NCBI GenBank assembly: GCA_038279365.1
Contig: JAYODI010000014.1
Coordinates: forward strand, 38,508 to 67,129
Source: Candidatus Latescibacterota bacterium
Lineage (GTDB): Bacteria > Latescibacterota > UBA2968
DNA: 28,622 nt
Reading direction: 5' to 3'
Part shown: positions 1 through 8,996 of the stretch, piece by piece
Layout: each line of letters opens with the position of its first letter
Numbering within the stretch: the stretch's first letter is position 1
Notes under the pieces: model-generated
Told to the model about the DNA's origin: nothing
The model's input: only the letters and a program-made list of their open reading frames with translations
Database searches by the model: none
Position numbers and translations under genes: made by a program

Positions 1-2556
1 AAGGCATCGTTTCGGTATGGTAATCAAAGGTTAGCGATTCAAGATTTAACAGTTTTTGTGCCCAAATTTAAAACTGAAATATCTGGTCAGGGAGATGTTT
101 TTTTAGACGGACCATATCCCGTGGTTGCGACCCAACTACAGGGTGTAATAGCCCTAACAAAGATGCTTGGTGAAACGACCTATGGTGATCGGTTTGGTTT
201 TAACAGTATGGTTCAAATGGAAGTCGGTGAGACGGTTTCTGGCCATGTTTTGGTTTTGGGAGCTCTGTCAAATTTTCAAGGTGGGTTGGATAGCTTAAAG
301 ATGGAAAGCGCATTTGATGGGATAGAAAGTGTGTCTTTGTTGGCGGATATTTGGGGCACATCTGGTCGGGTGGACATCGATGGCAATGTGATAAATCGCG
401 AGGTATTGGATTTTAATATCCAAGGCCGTTTAGACAGCTTAAATGGATTAAGTTCCCTTAGTGGATATGCAATAACAAGTGACTCTCTGAAATTTTCTGG
501 GCAGGTGGGAGGAACAATTGCGAAACCTAAAGTGCAATTTGATATCGCACCAACAGATGGTGTGTTCGAGACCATTCCCATCCAAAATGTGACAGTTTCT
601 GGATCATGGGCATATCCCAATTCAGGTTCGGTTTCTGTGCGTGTTGAGACGTTGTCTTGGGGAGAACGCACCTTAGACCACTTGTTTTTAGATGCGACTC
701 ATCAGGGCATGAAAACAGAGTTTTTGTTTGGTAGCAATGCAAATTTAGAAGATAAGGTTTATTTGTGGGGGCAAATAGAAAACGAAAAAAACACGATTCG
801 CATGGTTGTCGATTCTTTGCACGTGCAGGCCTCGCAAGTGGCCTTGTCTAATCGTGGTCCACTCAAAGGGGCATATGATCCTTCACGGGGTTTTCATATT
901 GACCAGTTTGAGCTAACAGGCCCAGCAGGAAGGCTCATGGCACGAGACCATCCCGATTTGCAATCTGCCATTGAAGTTGTTCTTGAAGATATCGATTTGC
1001 GGCCGTGGGCATTTATGTTTGGCCAACCCAAAGTGGGCGGTGTGTTGAACGCCGAATTGGCTTTTTCGGGTGAATTGTCCGATCCTTTAATTTTTGCAGA
1101 AGGCGTGATCAAGCAAGTGGATGTTTATGGATTGCAAATTCCATCCATTACATCCAATGTTTCTTATGGTGACAAACGGTTTTTGGTTGATGTGGTCGTA
1201 ACGCCCCCACACGGTTCACCCATTTCGCTATCTGGTTCTGTGCCTGTTTATTCTGCAGAACCCCTGCAACTCAATTTAAAATCGAACGGTTTCGCATTGG
1301 CCTTGCTTGATACCTTTGTGACTGATCTCAATGATTTGTCTGGTGATTTGTCTGTAGCTCTTCACGTGGGAGGTACTGTAGATGATCCGACTTATCAGGG
1401 GACATTGAAGTTGGCAAATGGGAAAATGTATCATCCAAGTATTGGCCGCGTGTATGAACCTATTGCAGCAGGGATACAGATTAACCAAGGTCGTGTGATC
1501 TTGGATTCATTGGTGATTGGGAAGGTTGGGCAATTTTTGGCCATGTCGGGATATGCCAATATTAAGGATGGCGATTTAGGCGAATTTGACGTGCGAATGG
1601 ATTTTGCACATTTTCAACCCATCAAATGGCCAGAGGTGAAGGCCGAGATAAGTGGGCAAATGCATTTGCTTGGCCCAATGACTCGGCCAAGGTTATCGGG
1701 TGATTTGCTTGTGCAGCAGGCAGATATCCGATTGGGTGACTTGATGAATACGCCCAGTTCGGGATGGGAAACATGGCCAATGGTTCAATCATTGCAAATG
1801 AACATGAGCATACGGGCTGATCAACAGGTGTGGGTGAGAGATCAAACATTTAATATCGAAATGACCGGTGATTTGGATGTGGTTAAGGATGCAGATGGTT
1901 TTAAGGTTTTTGGCGACATGCAAAGTCGGCGCGGAAATTATATTTTTCAAAATAGACGGTTAAATATTGCGCGTGGAGAGATTCAATTTCAAGGCAAGTC
2001 AACGATTGATCCCAATTTGGATATTGAGGCACAAACACGTGTTCGGGCACGTTTGGCACAAGCGGATGTGACTGGCGATCGTACCTCCGAACAAGTGGTT
2101 GTCATTGTGTCTGTGGGGGGAACTCTTTCTCATCCCGATATTAAGTTGTCGAGTGAACCACAAGTGGGCGATGGCAAATTTGAAGAGGTATTGTCCGTTT
2201 TGTTGGTGGGAGCCGTACCCAGTGTGGTAGATGTTACGCAAGCGGGAGACTTTGTGTTGAGTACTTTGGCCAATCGATTTGGGCAACGATTGGGAGAAGA
2301 TTTGAAACTGGATTTGGTAGAAGTGGATGTGGCAGAGTCAAATATTTCGCGGGTCCGTGTAGGCAAATATCTCACGCCCAGATTGTTTGTGAGCTATGCT
2401 CAAGATATGGGCAGTACGGGACGAGAGGTGGCTGTGGAATTTAAACTCTTGCCCAACTTGACCCTAGAAGCCAAACAAATAGATGCTGGCAATGAAGATC
2501 AGATCACATCGCAAAGACGCGAAACCATTGGGATGGTATGGCAGAAAGAGTGGTAA
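1..2556 (+). CDS. tamB: Translocation and assembly module TamB (DUF490/AsmA-like), 5'-truncated by window edge
   Basis: Frame 1 is open from base 1 (KASFRYGNQRLAIQDLTVFVP...), so the true start lies upstream. Repeated beta-strand motifs (GTLSHP, GTVDDP, GELSDP) and a typical TamB C-terminus (FQGKSTIDPNLDIEA...VGKYLTPRLFVSY...VWQKEW). Confidence 0.85.
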   Translation, partial: KASFRYGNQRLAIQDLTVFVPKFKTEISGQGDVFLDGPYPVVATQLQGVIALTKMLGETTYGDRFGFNSMVQMEVGETVSGHVLVLGALSNFQGGLDSLKMESAFDGIESVSLLADIWGTSGRVDIDGNVINREVLDFNIQGRLDSLNGLSSLSGYAITSDSLKFSGQVGGTIAKPKVQFDIAPTDGVFETIPIQNVTVSGSWAYPNSGSVSVRVETLSWGERTLDHLFLDATHQGMKTEFLFGSNANLEDKVYLWGQIENEKNTIRMVVDSLHVQASQVALSNRGPLKGAYDPSRGFHIDQFELTGPAGRLMARDHPDLQSAIEVVLEDIDLRPWAFMFGQPKVGGVLNAELAFSGELSDPLIFAEGVIKQVDVYGLQIPSITSNVSYGDKRFLVDVVVTPPHGSPISLSGSVPVYSAEPLQLNLKSNGFALALLDTFVTDLNDLSGDLSVALHVGGTVDDPTYQGTLKLANGKMYHPSIGRVYEPIAAGIQINQGRVILDSLVIGKVGQFLAMSGYANIKDGDLGEFDVRMDFAHFQPIKWPEVKAEISGQMHLLGPMTRPRLSGDLLVQQADIRLGDLMNTPSSGWETWPMVQSLQMNMSIRADQQVWVRDQTFNIEMTGDLDVVKDADGFKVFGDMQSRRGNYIFQNRRLNIARGEIQFQGKSTIDPNLDIEAQTRVRARLAQADVTGDRTSEQVVVIVSVGGTLSHPDIKLSSEPQVGDGKFEEVLSVLLVGAVPSVVDVTQAGDFVLSTLANRFGQRLGEDLKLDLVEVDVAESNISRVRVGKYLTPRLFVSYAQDMGSTGREVAVEFKLLPNLTLEAKQIDAGNEDQITSQRRETIGMVWQKEW

Positions 2557-2624
2557 ATTTTGATCACGTAGTCAGCGATTTGTTTGGGTCTTTTGCCAGC
2601 ATAAGGTCTATAACATCACAACCG

Positions 2625-4394
2625 CTATGATGTTTTGTCATTTATAAATGCGCGTATTTCAGTCTCTGTGCGGTATTCTTTGTCAAACACTTGCCGCAGA
2701 TAAAGCTCGAGGGTGAGATAGCGACATATCATTTCGCTGTGGTCTTGTCCTGCAAGATGTTCTGACCATTTATGTTCAAATATTTCAGGCGATGTAAAAT
2801 TGGCAACACGTGCTGTGCGGGTATGGACCCATGTGTTTATCACTTTTTGAAAAGCCGTGTCGCGTAGCCAATTTGGATAATCGGTCATTGAGGTCGTGGT
2901 GGTTTTTTTTTGTAGCTTTTGAAAGAATTTGGCTGAACGAATGGCCCATTTGGACCAGGTAATGGGTTTGCCTGTTTTGGCCCAGGGGATATCTTGGAAA
3001 TAGACGGGATAGGTTTTGATGAGCATTTGGCGGTAAAGAGAGTTGTTGTTTTTGATTTCAAGAGGCAGACCAAATAAAAACTCCTGCAATTGATTGTCTA
3101 GAAAAGGCAAGCGGTAATCCACGCCCTTGAAAAGCCCCATTCGGGGGCCCATTATTGAAAAACCACGCATACGCCAGTCGATGTAAAACGCATGGGCAGA
3201 TCGGGCATTTTGGAAGGCTTTTTCGATGTGGTGTCGTATTGTTGGGGTATTGTCTAAGTGCATGTGTAAGTTTTGGGAGAGGTAGTGGTTGAGTTTGTGC
3301 GATTCAAACAAGTGACCGCCACCAGCAAGACCATCTCCGCCAGCGCCATTAAAACATACATTTATTTCTTGGACAATTTGTGTAAGGTGTTCTGCGCCAT
3401 GCATATGCATGAGGTTGAGTGCGCCGTCTGTCCACCACGTGGCTTCCATACGAGGGGAGAGCCAGTTGTCTTGGGAAAGTGGAAATACGGTATGGGGTGA
3501 CATTTTTACTGCGGCCACATCTGTGGCAATGCGTACGTCATTGCTGTTGGGTAGTCCAAATGTAAATGTGTGTGGGGACCCTGGTAGGGCGGCAAAAACA
3601 GCTCGTGAGTCCAATCCGCCACTGAGCAATAACCCAGGTTTGTCTACTTGTGATTGTTGGGCAACTGCTGCCTGAAAAAGGTGTCCAAATTCTTGGATGA
3701 GATCATCCTTGTTGTGGCAATCTAATCTTAAAGAAAGCTGATCCCACCACCAATATCGCTCTTTGGTAAGGTTGCCGTTGGTTGTGTTGTAGATGATGTG
3801 GCTGGCAGGTGGTACTTGTGTGACCCCCTCAAACCAGGTGTGGTTGGGGGGCAGTTGACCTGTTTCTAAAAAAAAGGTTGCCGTTTCGGCTGTGATTTTT
3901 GGGGAAAAATGGGGAAGATTTAAAAAAGCTTTGGGTTCAGATGCCCAAAACAAACCGTTTGGATTCTGGTGCCAATATAAAGGGCGCAACCCATAACGGT
4001 CTGTGAAGATGTGGAGTTGGTTTTGGTTTGTGTCCAGTACAACGGCAGAAAATAAACCATCTATGTTTTTGAGTATGTTTTTATAATCTGGGTTAATGGC
4101 TATGGCGACCAACAATTCGAGGTCGGTGTGTTGAGGCAAATTGCGTTGCTTGCACAAATTTGTGCCGTTAAATAAGTTGCCTTCTAACCAAGCGATAATG
4201 CCCGTTTTGTTTTGGTATGTTTTGGTGTGCGGTTGCGTGCCGATAAACGTGCCTGCCGTTTGAGGACCAAATAAAATATTGTGCTCTTTCGCGCCAGGCG
4301 GAGCAATGAGGTTGCACTTGATTGCTTGTAATTGGGTGTCTAATTGTTTGGGCGACAAAGGTATTAAAGATGTAAAACCGGCAAGCCCTGGCAT
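2625..4394 (-). CDS. Asparagine synthetase (glutamine-hydrolysing)-related protein / ATP-dependent amide ligase
   Basis: Ntn-like N-domain (DGLFSAVV, TDRYGLRPLY, WASEPKA), PP-loop LLSGGLDSR, NGAGGD and RLPFLD motifs. N-terminus is MPG rather than MCG. Confidence 0.8.
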   Translation of the reverse strand: MPGLAGFTSLIPLSPKQLDTQLQAIKCNLIAPPGAKEHNILFGPQTAGTFIGTQPHTKTYQNKTGIIAWLEGNLFNGTNLCKQRNLPQHTDLELLVAIAINPDYKNILKNIDGLFSAVVLDTNQNQLHIFTDRYGLRPLYWHQNPNGLFWASEPKAFLNLPHFSPKITAETATFFLETGQLPPNHTWFEGVTQVPPASHIIYNTTNGNLTKERYWWWDQLSLRLDCHNKDDLIQEFGHLFQAAVAQQSQVDKPGLLLSGGLDSRAVFAALPGSPHTFTFGLPNSNDVRIATDVAAVKMSPHTVFPLSQDNWLSPRMEATWWTDGALNLMHMHGAEHLTQIVQEINVCFNGAGGDGLAGGGHLFESHKLNHYLSQNLHMHLDNTPTIRHHIEKAFQNARSAHAFYIDWRMRGFSIMGPRMGLFKGVDYRLPFLDNQLQEFLFGLPLEIKNNNSLYRQMLIKTYPVYFQDIPWAKTGKPITWSKWAIRSAKFFQKLQKKTTTTSMTDYPNWLRDTAFQKVINTWVHTRTARVANFTSPEIFEHKWSEHLAGQDHSEMICRYLTLELYLRQVFDKEYRTETEIRAFINDKTS

Positions 4395-4443
4395 GGTTTG
4401 TTCTCTTCGGGGATAAATTGTGGCATAATGGGGAGATTTAAAA

Positions 4444-4471
4444 ATGGTAACAATAAGATTTTAATAAGCAA
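4444..4471 (-). promoter_or_regulatory. Possible sigma70 promoter for the asparagine-synthetase-like gene
   Basis: Minus strand reads TTGCTT-N16-TACCAT with an extended -10 TG, about 50 nt upstream of the ATG. Confidence 0.3.
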
Positions 4472-4523
4472 GAACGCCTTAAAAGGGAAGTCGATGAGAG
4501 GATATTGACTTTTTTAATCGGGG

Positions 4524-4552
4524 TTGACAAGATTGGCATTCACGACTAAACT
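4524..4552 (+). promoter_or_regulatory. Sigma70-type promoter for the DUF362 gene
   Basis: TTGACA (4524-4529), 17 nt spacer, TAAACT (4547-4552), about 60 nt upstream of ATG 4612. Confidence 0.6.
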
Positions 4553-4611
4553 TTCAAGATGTCAAGTGTATGATGAAGGTTTGAATTTGTATATGACTGT
4601 TTTTTAAAGGG

Positions 4612-5832
4612 ATGAATATGGATCAGGCAAATTTTAAGGTTCGGGCAGCACACTGTGATTTTCGTGCATCACAAGAAGAAATTTATCAAACATTGCGTCG
4701 GGTAACCGATCCATTGGATAGGTCGTGGGAAAAGCTCGAAAAAGCAGATCGCATTGTTATCAAATTTAATATGATGAAATTGCATGCCCGATTGGAATAT
4801 TATTTTGGTCGACGTCGTGAATTGGTTGACGACATGGTTGCTGAAGCGGTATTGCGATTGTTGAAAGAACGCACCACGGCTAAAATCGTTGCAACTGACA
4901 CCAATCCTTATGTCAAAGACCACTTGATGGGAAACAATTTTAATTATCTCAATATTCTCAAAAAATATGATGTGGGCTTTGTAGACTCAAACGCTCCTCC
5001 TTTTAAGACTTATGATGTGCCAGGGGGCGGATTGATGTTTGACCGCTACGATTTAAGTGCCTGCTTTGAGGGGGCAGAAGTGGTTTCTGTAGCCAAAATG
5101 AAGAACCATTTGTTTATGGGGGTCACTTTGTGCATGAAAAACTTGTTTGGTTTGCCCCCTATTACCCCACCAGTGGGACGGGTTCGCAGTTATTACCATC
5201 ATTTTATTCGTTTGTCTTATGTATTGCCCGATTTGGGAATGATTACAAATCCTGCACTAAATATTGTTGATGCACTCACAGGGCAATGGGGGCGTGAGTG
5301 GGGCGGGCAGGGGCGTATTTGCAATGCATTGATCGCGGGTGATCAAGTAACAGCAACAGATGCCTGTGGTGCTTATTTAATGGGCCACGATCCTGCTTCC
5401 GATTGGCCAACGCCGCCCTTTAAAAGAGATCGCAATCATTTGCTTATTGCGGCCAATCATGGATTTGGCACTGTGAATTTGGATGAAATTGACTTTGAGT
5501 CCGAAGTGAAGTCGCCTTTGGCCGATTTTGATGCTGAAGCCACAGATTCAGCCGAAATGGTTGAAAGTTGGAGGCGTACCACATGTGAGCAAGCATTGAT
5601 CTACCAAGATAAAAAGAAGGGTTTGGTAGACCAATATCGCAATGAATTTATCTTTTTACAAGATGGAGATGTGGTTTGGCATGGTGATAACCCTGCAAAC
5701 TTAGGCAGTCGTCGCGAATTGAGTGGCAAAAAGAAGGACCAAGGTATGTGGCTCAAATTGGTTGACCCAGAAGAAGTTGAGGGCGAACGGTTTGAAGCCT
5801 ATGAAGAATGTTTAACGGCTTTGCGTGCATAG
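4612..5832 (+). CDS. DUF362 domain-containing protein with C-terminal extension
   Basis: Motifs IVIKFN, VAKMKNHLFMGVTLCMKNLFG, LNIVDAL and DQVTATDAC are characteristic of DUF362. Confidence 0.75.
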   Translation: MNMDQANFKVRAAHCDFRASQEEIYQTLRRVTDPLDRSWEKLEKADRIVIKFNMMKLHARLEYYFGRRRELVDDMVAEAVLRLLKERTTAKIVATDTNPYVKDHLMGNNFNYLNILKKYDVGFVDSNAPPFKTYDVPGGGLMFDRYDLSACFEGAEVVSVAKMKNHLFMGVTLCMKNLFGLPPITPPVGRVRSYYHHFIRLSYVLPDLGMITNPALNIVDALTGQWGREWGGQGRICNALIAGDQVTATDACGAYLMGHDPASDWPTPPFKRDRNHLLIAANHGFGTVNLDEIDFESEVKSPLADFDAEATDSAEMVESWRRTTCEQALIYQDKKKGLVDQYRNEFIFLQDGDVVWHGDNPANLGSRRELSGKKKDQGMWLKLVDPEEVEGERFEAYEECLTALRA

Positions 5833-5867
5833 GCAAATGGCCTGCCCTTGGTAGGCCATTTGTTTTT
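5833..5867 (+). terminator. Intrinsic terminator after DUF362 gene
   Basis: Stem GCAAATGGCCTGCC / GGTAGGCCATTTGT with a 3-nt loop and trailing T run, directly after the TAG stop. Confidence 0.6.
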
Positions 5868-5925
5868 GATATCCAATCATGTTTGCAGGAGCATTTGGGT
5901 GGGTTTATTGCCTCATCTATTAAAG

Positions 5926-6642
5926 ATGCAACACGACTTGACCATAGAAAAAGGCAGCCTCTATGTTTGGTCGGGTTTGACAAATGTGGAATCTCAAATC
6001 TTGGACGCATATGTTTCGGTGTTGTCTGTAGATGAAATCGGTCGAGCTGATCGTTTCCGTTTTGAAAAAGATCGCTCACATTTTGTGGTTACACGAGGTG
6101 TTTTGCGGTATTTGTTGAGCGCATACACAGGGTTACCTGCTCAGGAAATTGCTTTTGAATATGGCCCCAAAGGAAAACCTGAATTGGCCCACAATGCATC
6201 AAAAATAAATTTTAATGTGTCCCATTCACATGGCATGGGGGTGTGGGCGATTGCTTTTAATGGTGTGGTGGGTGTCGATGTGGAATATGTTAAAAGATCT
6301 GTAGATATAGATGCTGTTGGGAAGCGTTTTTTTTCGGATAACGAATGGCGTCATCTGCGTGATTTGCCAGAAGATGAACGCCGGCAGAGTTTTTTTAGGT
6401 GTTGGACGCGAAAAGAAGCATTTGTCAAAGCATTGGGTGATGGTTTGACTTTTTCACTTAAGGCGTTTGATGTAACGGTGGGAAATGTTGCACAATTAAA
6501 ACGCGTTGAGGGCATGACTGATCATCAAAAATGGACATTGCAAACCTTTGAACCAGCGCCTGATTTTGTGGGTGCTTTGGCATTTGAAGGACAACAGAAA
6601 GTATGTTACAAAACTTTAACCACGAATGATTCTCCCGTTTGA
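5926..6642 (+). CDS. 4'-phosphopantetheinyl transferase, Sfp/HetI type
   Basis: Motifs YGPKGKP, FNVSHS, VGVDVE and FFRCWTRKEAFVKALGDGL. ATG 5926 is preferred over TTG 5848, which lies inside the upstream terminator hairpin. Confidence 0.9.
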   Translation: MQHDLTIEKGSLYVWSGLTNVESQILDAYVSVLSVDEIGRADRFRFEKDRSHFVVTRGVLRYLLSAYTGLPAQEIAFEYGPKGKPELAHNASKINFNVSHSHGMGVWAIAFNGVVGVDVEYVKRSVDIDAVGKRFFSDNEWRHLRDLPEDERRQSFFRCWTRKEAFVKALGDGLTFSLKAFDVTVGNVAQLKRVEGMTDHQKWTLQTFEPAPDFVGALAFEGQQKVCYKTLTTNDSPV

Positions 6643-6729
6643 AACAAGCAGGTGTTTGTCTTTGTCTTATAAGAGTGATATTGAGACTTTAGGTTTCCAA
6701 TTTAAACACCATAACCTTAGATTTGAGCT

Positions 6730-8964
6730 ATGAACAAACTGATAGATAAACCTGTTAATGGATTGGTGCAGCGCATTTCTGCAGTGCTTTCTTCAGATGA
6801 ACAAGAGTTAATTCGCGTAGAATCAGACCTTGGAGCGGATGGTCGATTTGGCACGCAGTGGGTGGTGGTGACGCCAAAGCGCGTATTGGTCTATCAAAAC
6901 GGCGAAGATGGCAATGTGATCGATATTCCGATAGATGAGATTTCCATTGCCCGAACAGAGGGGTTGATTGGTGGGGCACGGTTGGAAATTCATCGCAAAA
7001 ATGCGCCATCTGTTTATGTACCTTTTTCCAAAACGCTTGCTCAAAAGTTTTCAGAAACCACGCGGGGGATTGAGCAACTGCGAAAAGGACAAGAATTTTT
7101 TGTCAACGCAGACCTTGATCGAACTCGCTGTGAGAAGTGTGCGCGTTTGTTGCCAGAAAAAAATGGCATTTGCCCTGCTTGTATCAATCGATTTGCAACA
7201 CTTGGGCGTATTGCCGCCTATTTGAAACCCTATAAAGGCCGTGCCATTTTGTTGGCGGTTGCTTCGGTAATGACCACGGTTACCGAGTTGTTGCCTCCCA
7301 TTGTGACCAAGCACATTTTTGATGATGTTTTGATTTTGCCAGAAGGCACGGATGTGCTCATGGGTGACCGGTTGGGGTTGTTGGGATGGTTGGTTATGGC
7401 ATTGGTGGGTATTCGGCTTATCACATGGTCTGGCGAATGGATACATGGTTGGACCATTACTTGGCTTTCTGCACGTGTGACAGCCGACATTCGCAGTCAG
7501 CTTTAAAAGCGAATGGAATTGATTTCTTTGCATTTTTATGACAAACGACAAGTGGGCGCAGTGATGTCGCGTGTGACCAGTGACAGTGGTCGTTTGCAAG
7601 ATTTTTTGGTAGATGGTTTGCCTTATATGCTCATCAATACCTTGATGTTGTTAGGCATTCTGATTGCGTTGTTTTCCATGAGTTGGCAACTGACGCTTTT
7701 GGTGCTTATTCCCATTCCTGCCATTGTGGCTTGGGGGATTTTCTTCTGGAACCGCATGCGTCGCTTTTTTACCCAGTGGATGCAGGCTTGGGGCGATGCC
7801 ATGTCACGGGTGAATGAAGCTTTAACGGGCATCCGGGTGGTGAAGGCGTTTGCACAAGAAATGAATGAAATTTCAGTTTTTAAAACACGCAATGATAAGC
7901 TGACCCGAATCGGGATTGTCACAGAGGTCAATCGAGGGATTTTTTTTAAAACGATGACCTTGTTGACTGCCTCTGGTGTGATGATTGTGTGGTATTATGG
8001 CGGCTTAGAGGTGGTAGACAACACGCTCACACCTGGCACATTGATGGCATTTTACAGTTACATGATGTTGCTATATGGACCCTTGGAGTGGTTTGGGATG
8101 GTCAACTCTTGGATGACCCGTGCTTTTGCGGGTGCAGAACGGATTTTTGAAATCATAGACACACCGCCTGAAGCCTACCAAGACCCCAACGCTGTGCCGA
8201 TGCCCAATATAAATGGGCGGGTTACGTTTAAAGATGTGACTTTTGGTTATGACAAGAGCAAACCAGTTTTGCACGAAATCGACTTAGATGTGCAACCTGG
8301 CGAAATGATTGGTTTGGTGGGCAAATCTGGGGTGGGTAAAACCACCACTGTAAATCTTATTTGTCGGTTTTATGATGTGGATCGTGGGGCCATTGAAATT
8401 GATGGGGTGGACGTCAAAAAAATCCGCTTAGAAGACGTGCGCAGTCAAATAGGCATTGTGTTACAAGAGCCTTTTTTGTTTTCGGGAACCATTGCTGAAA
8501 ATATTGGTTATGGCCGTCCTGGTGCCACATTTGAAGACATTGTCAATGCGGCCAAAGCTGCTGCTGCGCACGACTTTATTGTATCTAAACCCGATGGATA
8601 TGATACCCTTGTGGGAGAACGAGGCGACTCGCTTTCGGGCGGTGAACGCCAACGGATATCCATTGCAAGAGCTGTCTTACATGATCCCAAAATTCTCATT
8701 TTAGATGAAGCGACTTCATCGGTTGATGTGCAAACCGAAAAGCGCATTCAAGAAGCCATTACACGGCTGGTGGCAGGGCGCACAACATTTGCCATTGCAC
8801 ATCGTTTGTCAACACTTCGCAATGCTGGGCGATTGTTGGTGATGGATGCTGGGCGCATTGTTGAAATGGGTACGCATGAAGAGTTGTTAGAGAAAAAAGG
8901 TGTCTTTTATAATTTGGTGCAATTACAAGAAGAGATTTCGCAAATTATTGCGATCAAGGAATAG
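6730..8964 (+). pseudogene. ABC exporter (fused TMD+NBD, N-terminal extra domain and zinc ribbon) interrupted by one in-frame TAA at 7504-7506
   Basis: ORFs 6730-7506 and 7513-8964 are in the same frame. The joined sequence IRSQL*KRMELISLHFYDKRQVG aligns with paralog LREDLYRAFQLLPVRFYDKRKVG, so the stop sits at a Tyr position. Walker A GKSGVGKT, signature LSGGERQ, Walker B ILILDEATS and AHRLS are intact. May be a sequencing error rather than a true pseudogene. Confidence 0.75.
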
Positions 8965-8996
8965 CCCTTAATTGAAATTGACGGAATAGGTAAATC

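Noticed and set aside
7504-7506. Alternative genetic code or selenocysteine/pyrrolysine recoding
   Set aside because: The codon is TAA, which terminates tamB, sppA and the gld-like genes normally; it is the only such interruption seen.
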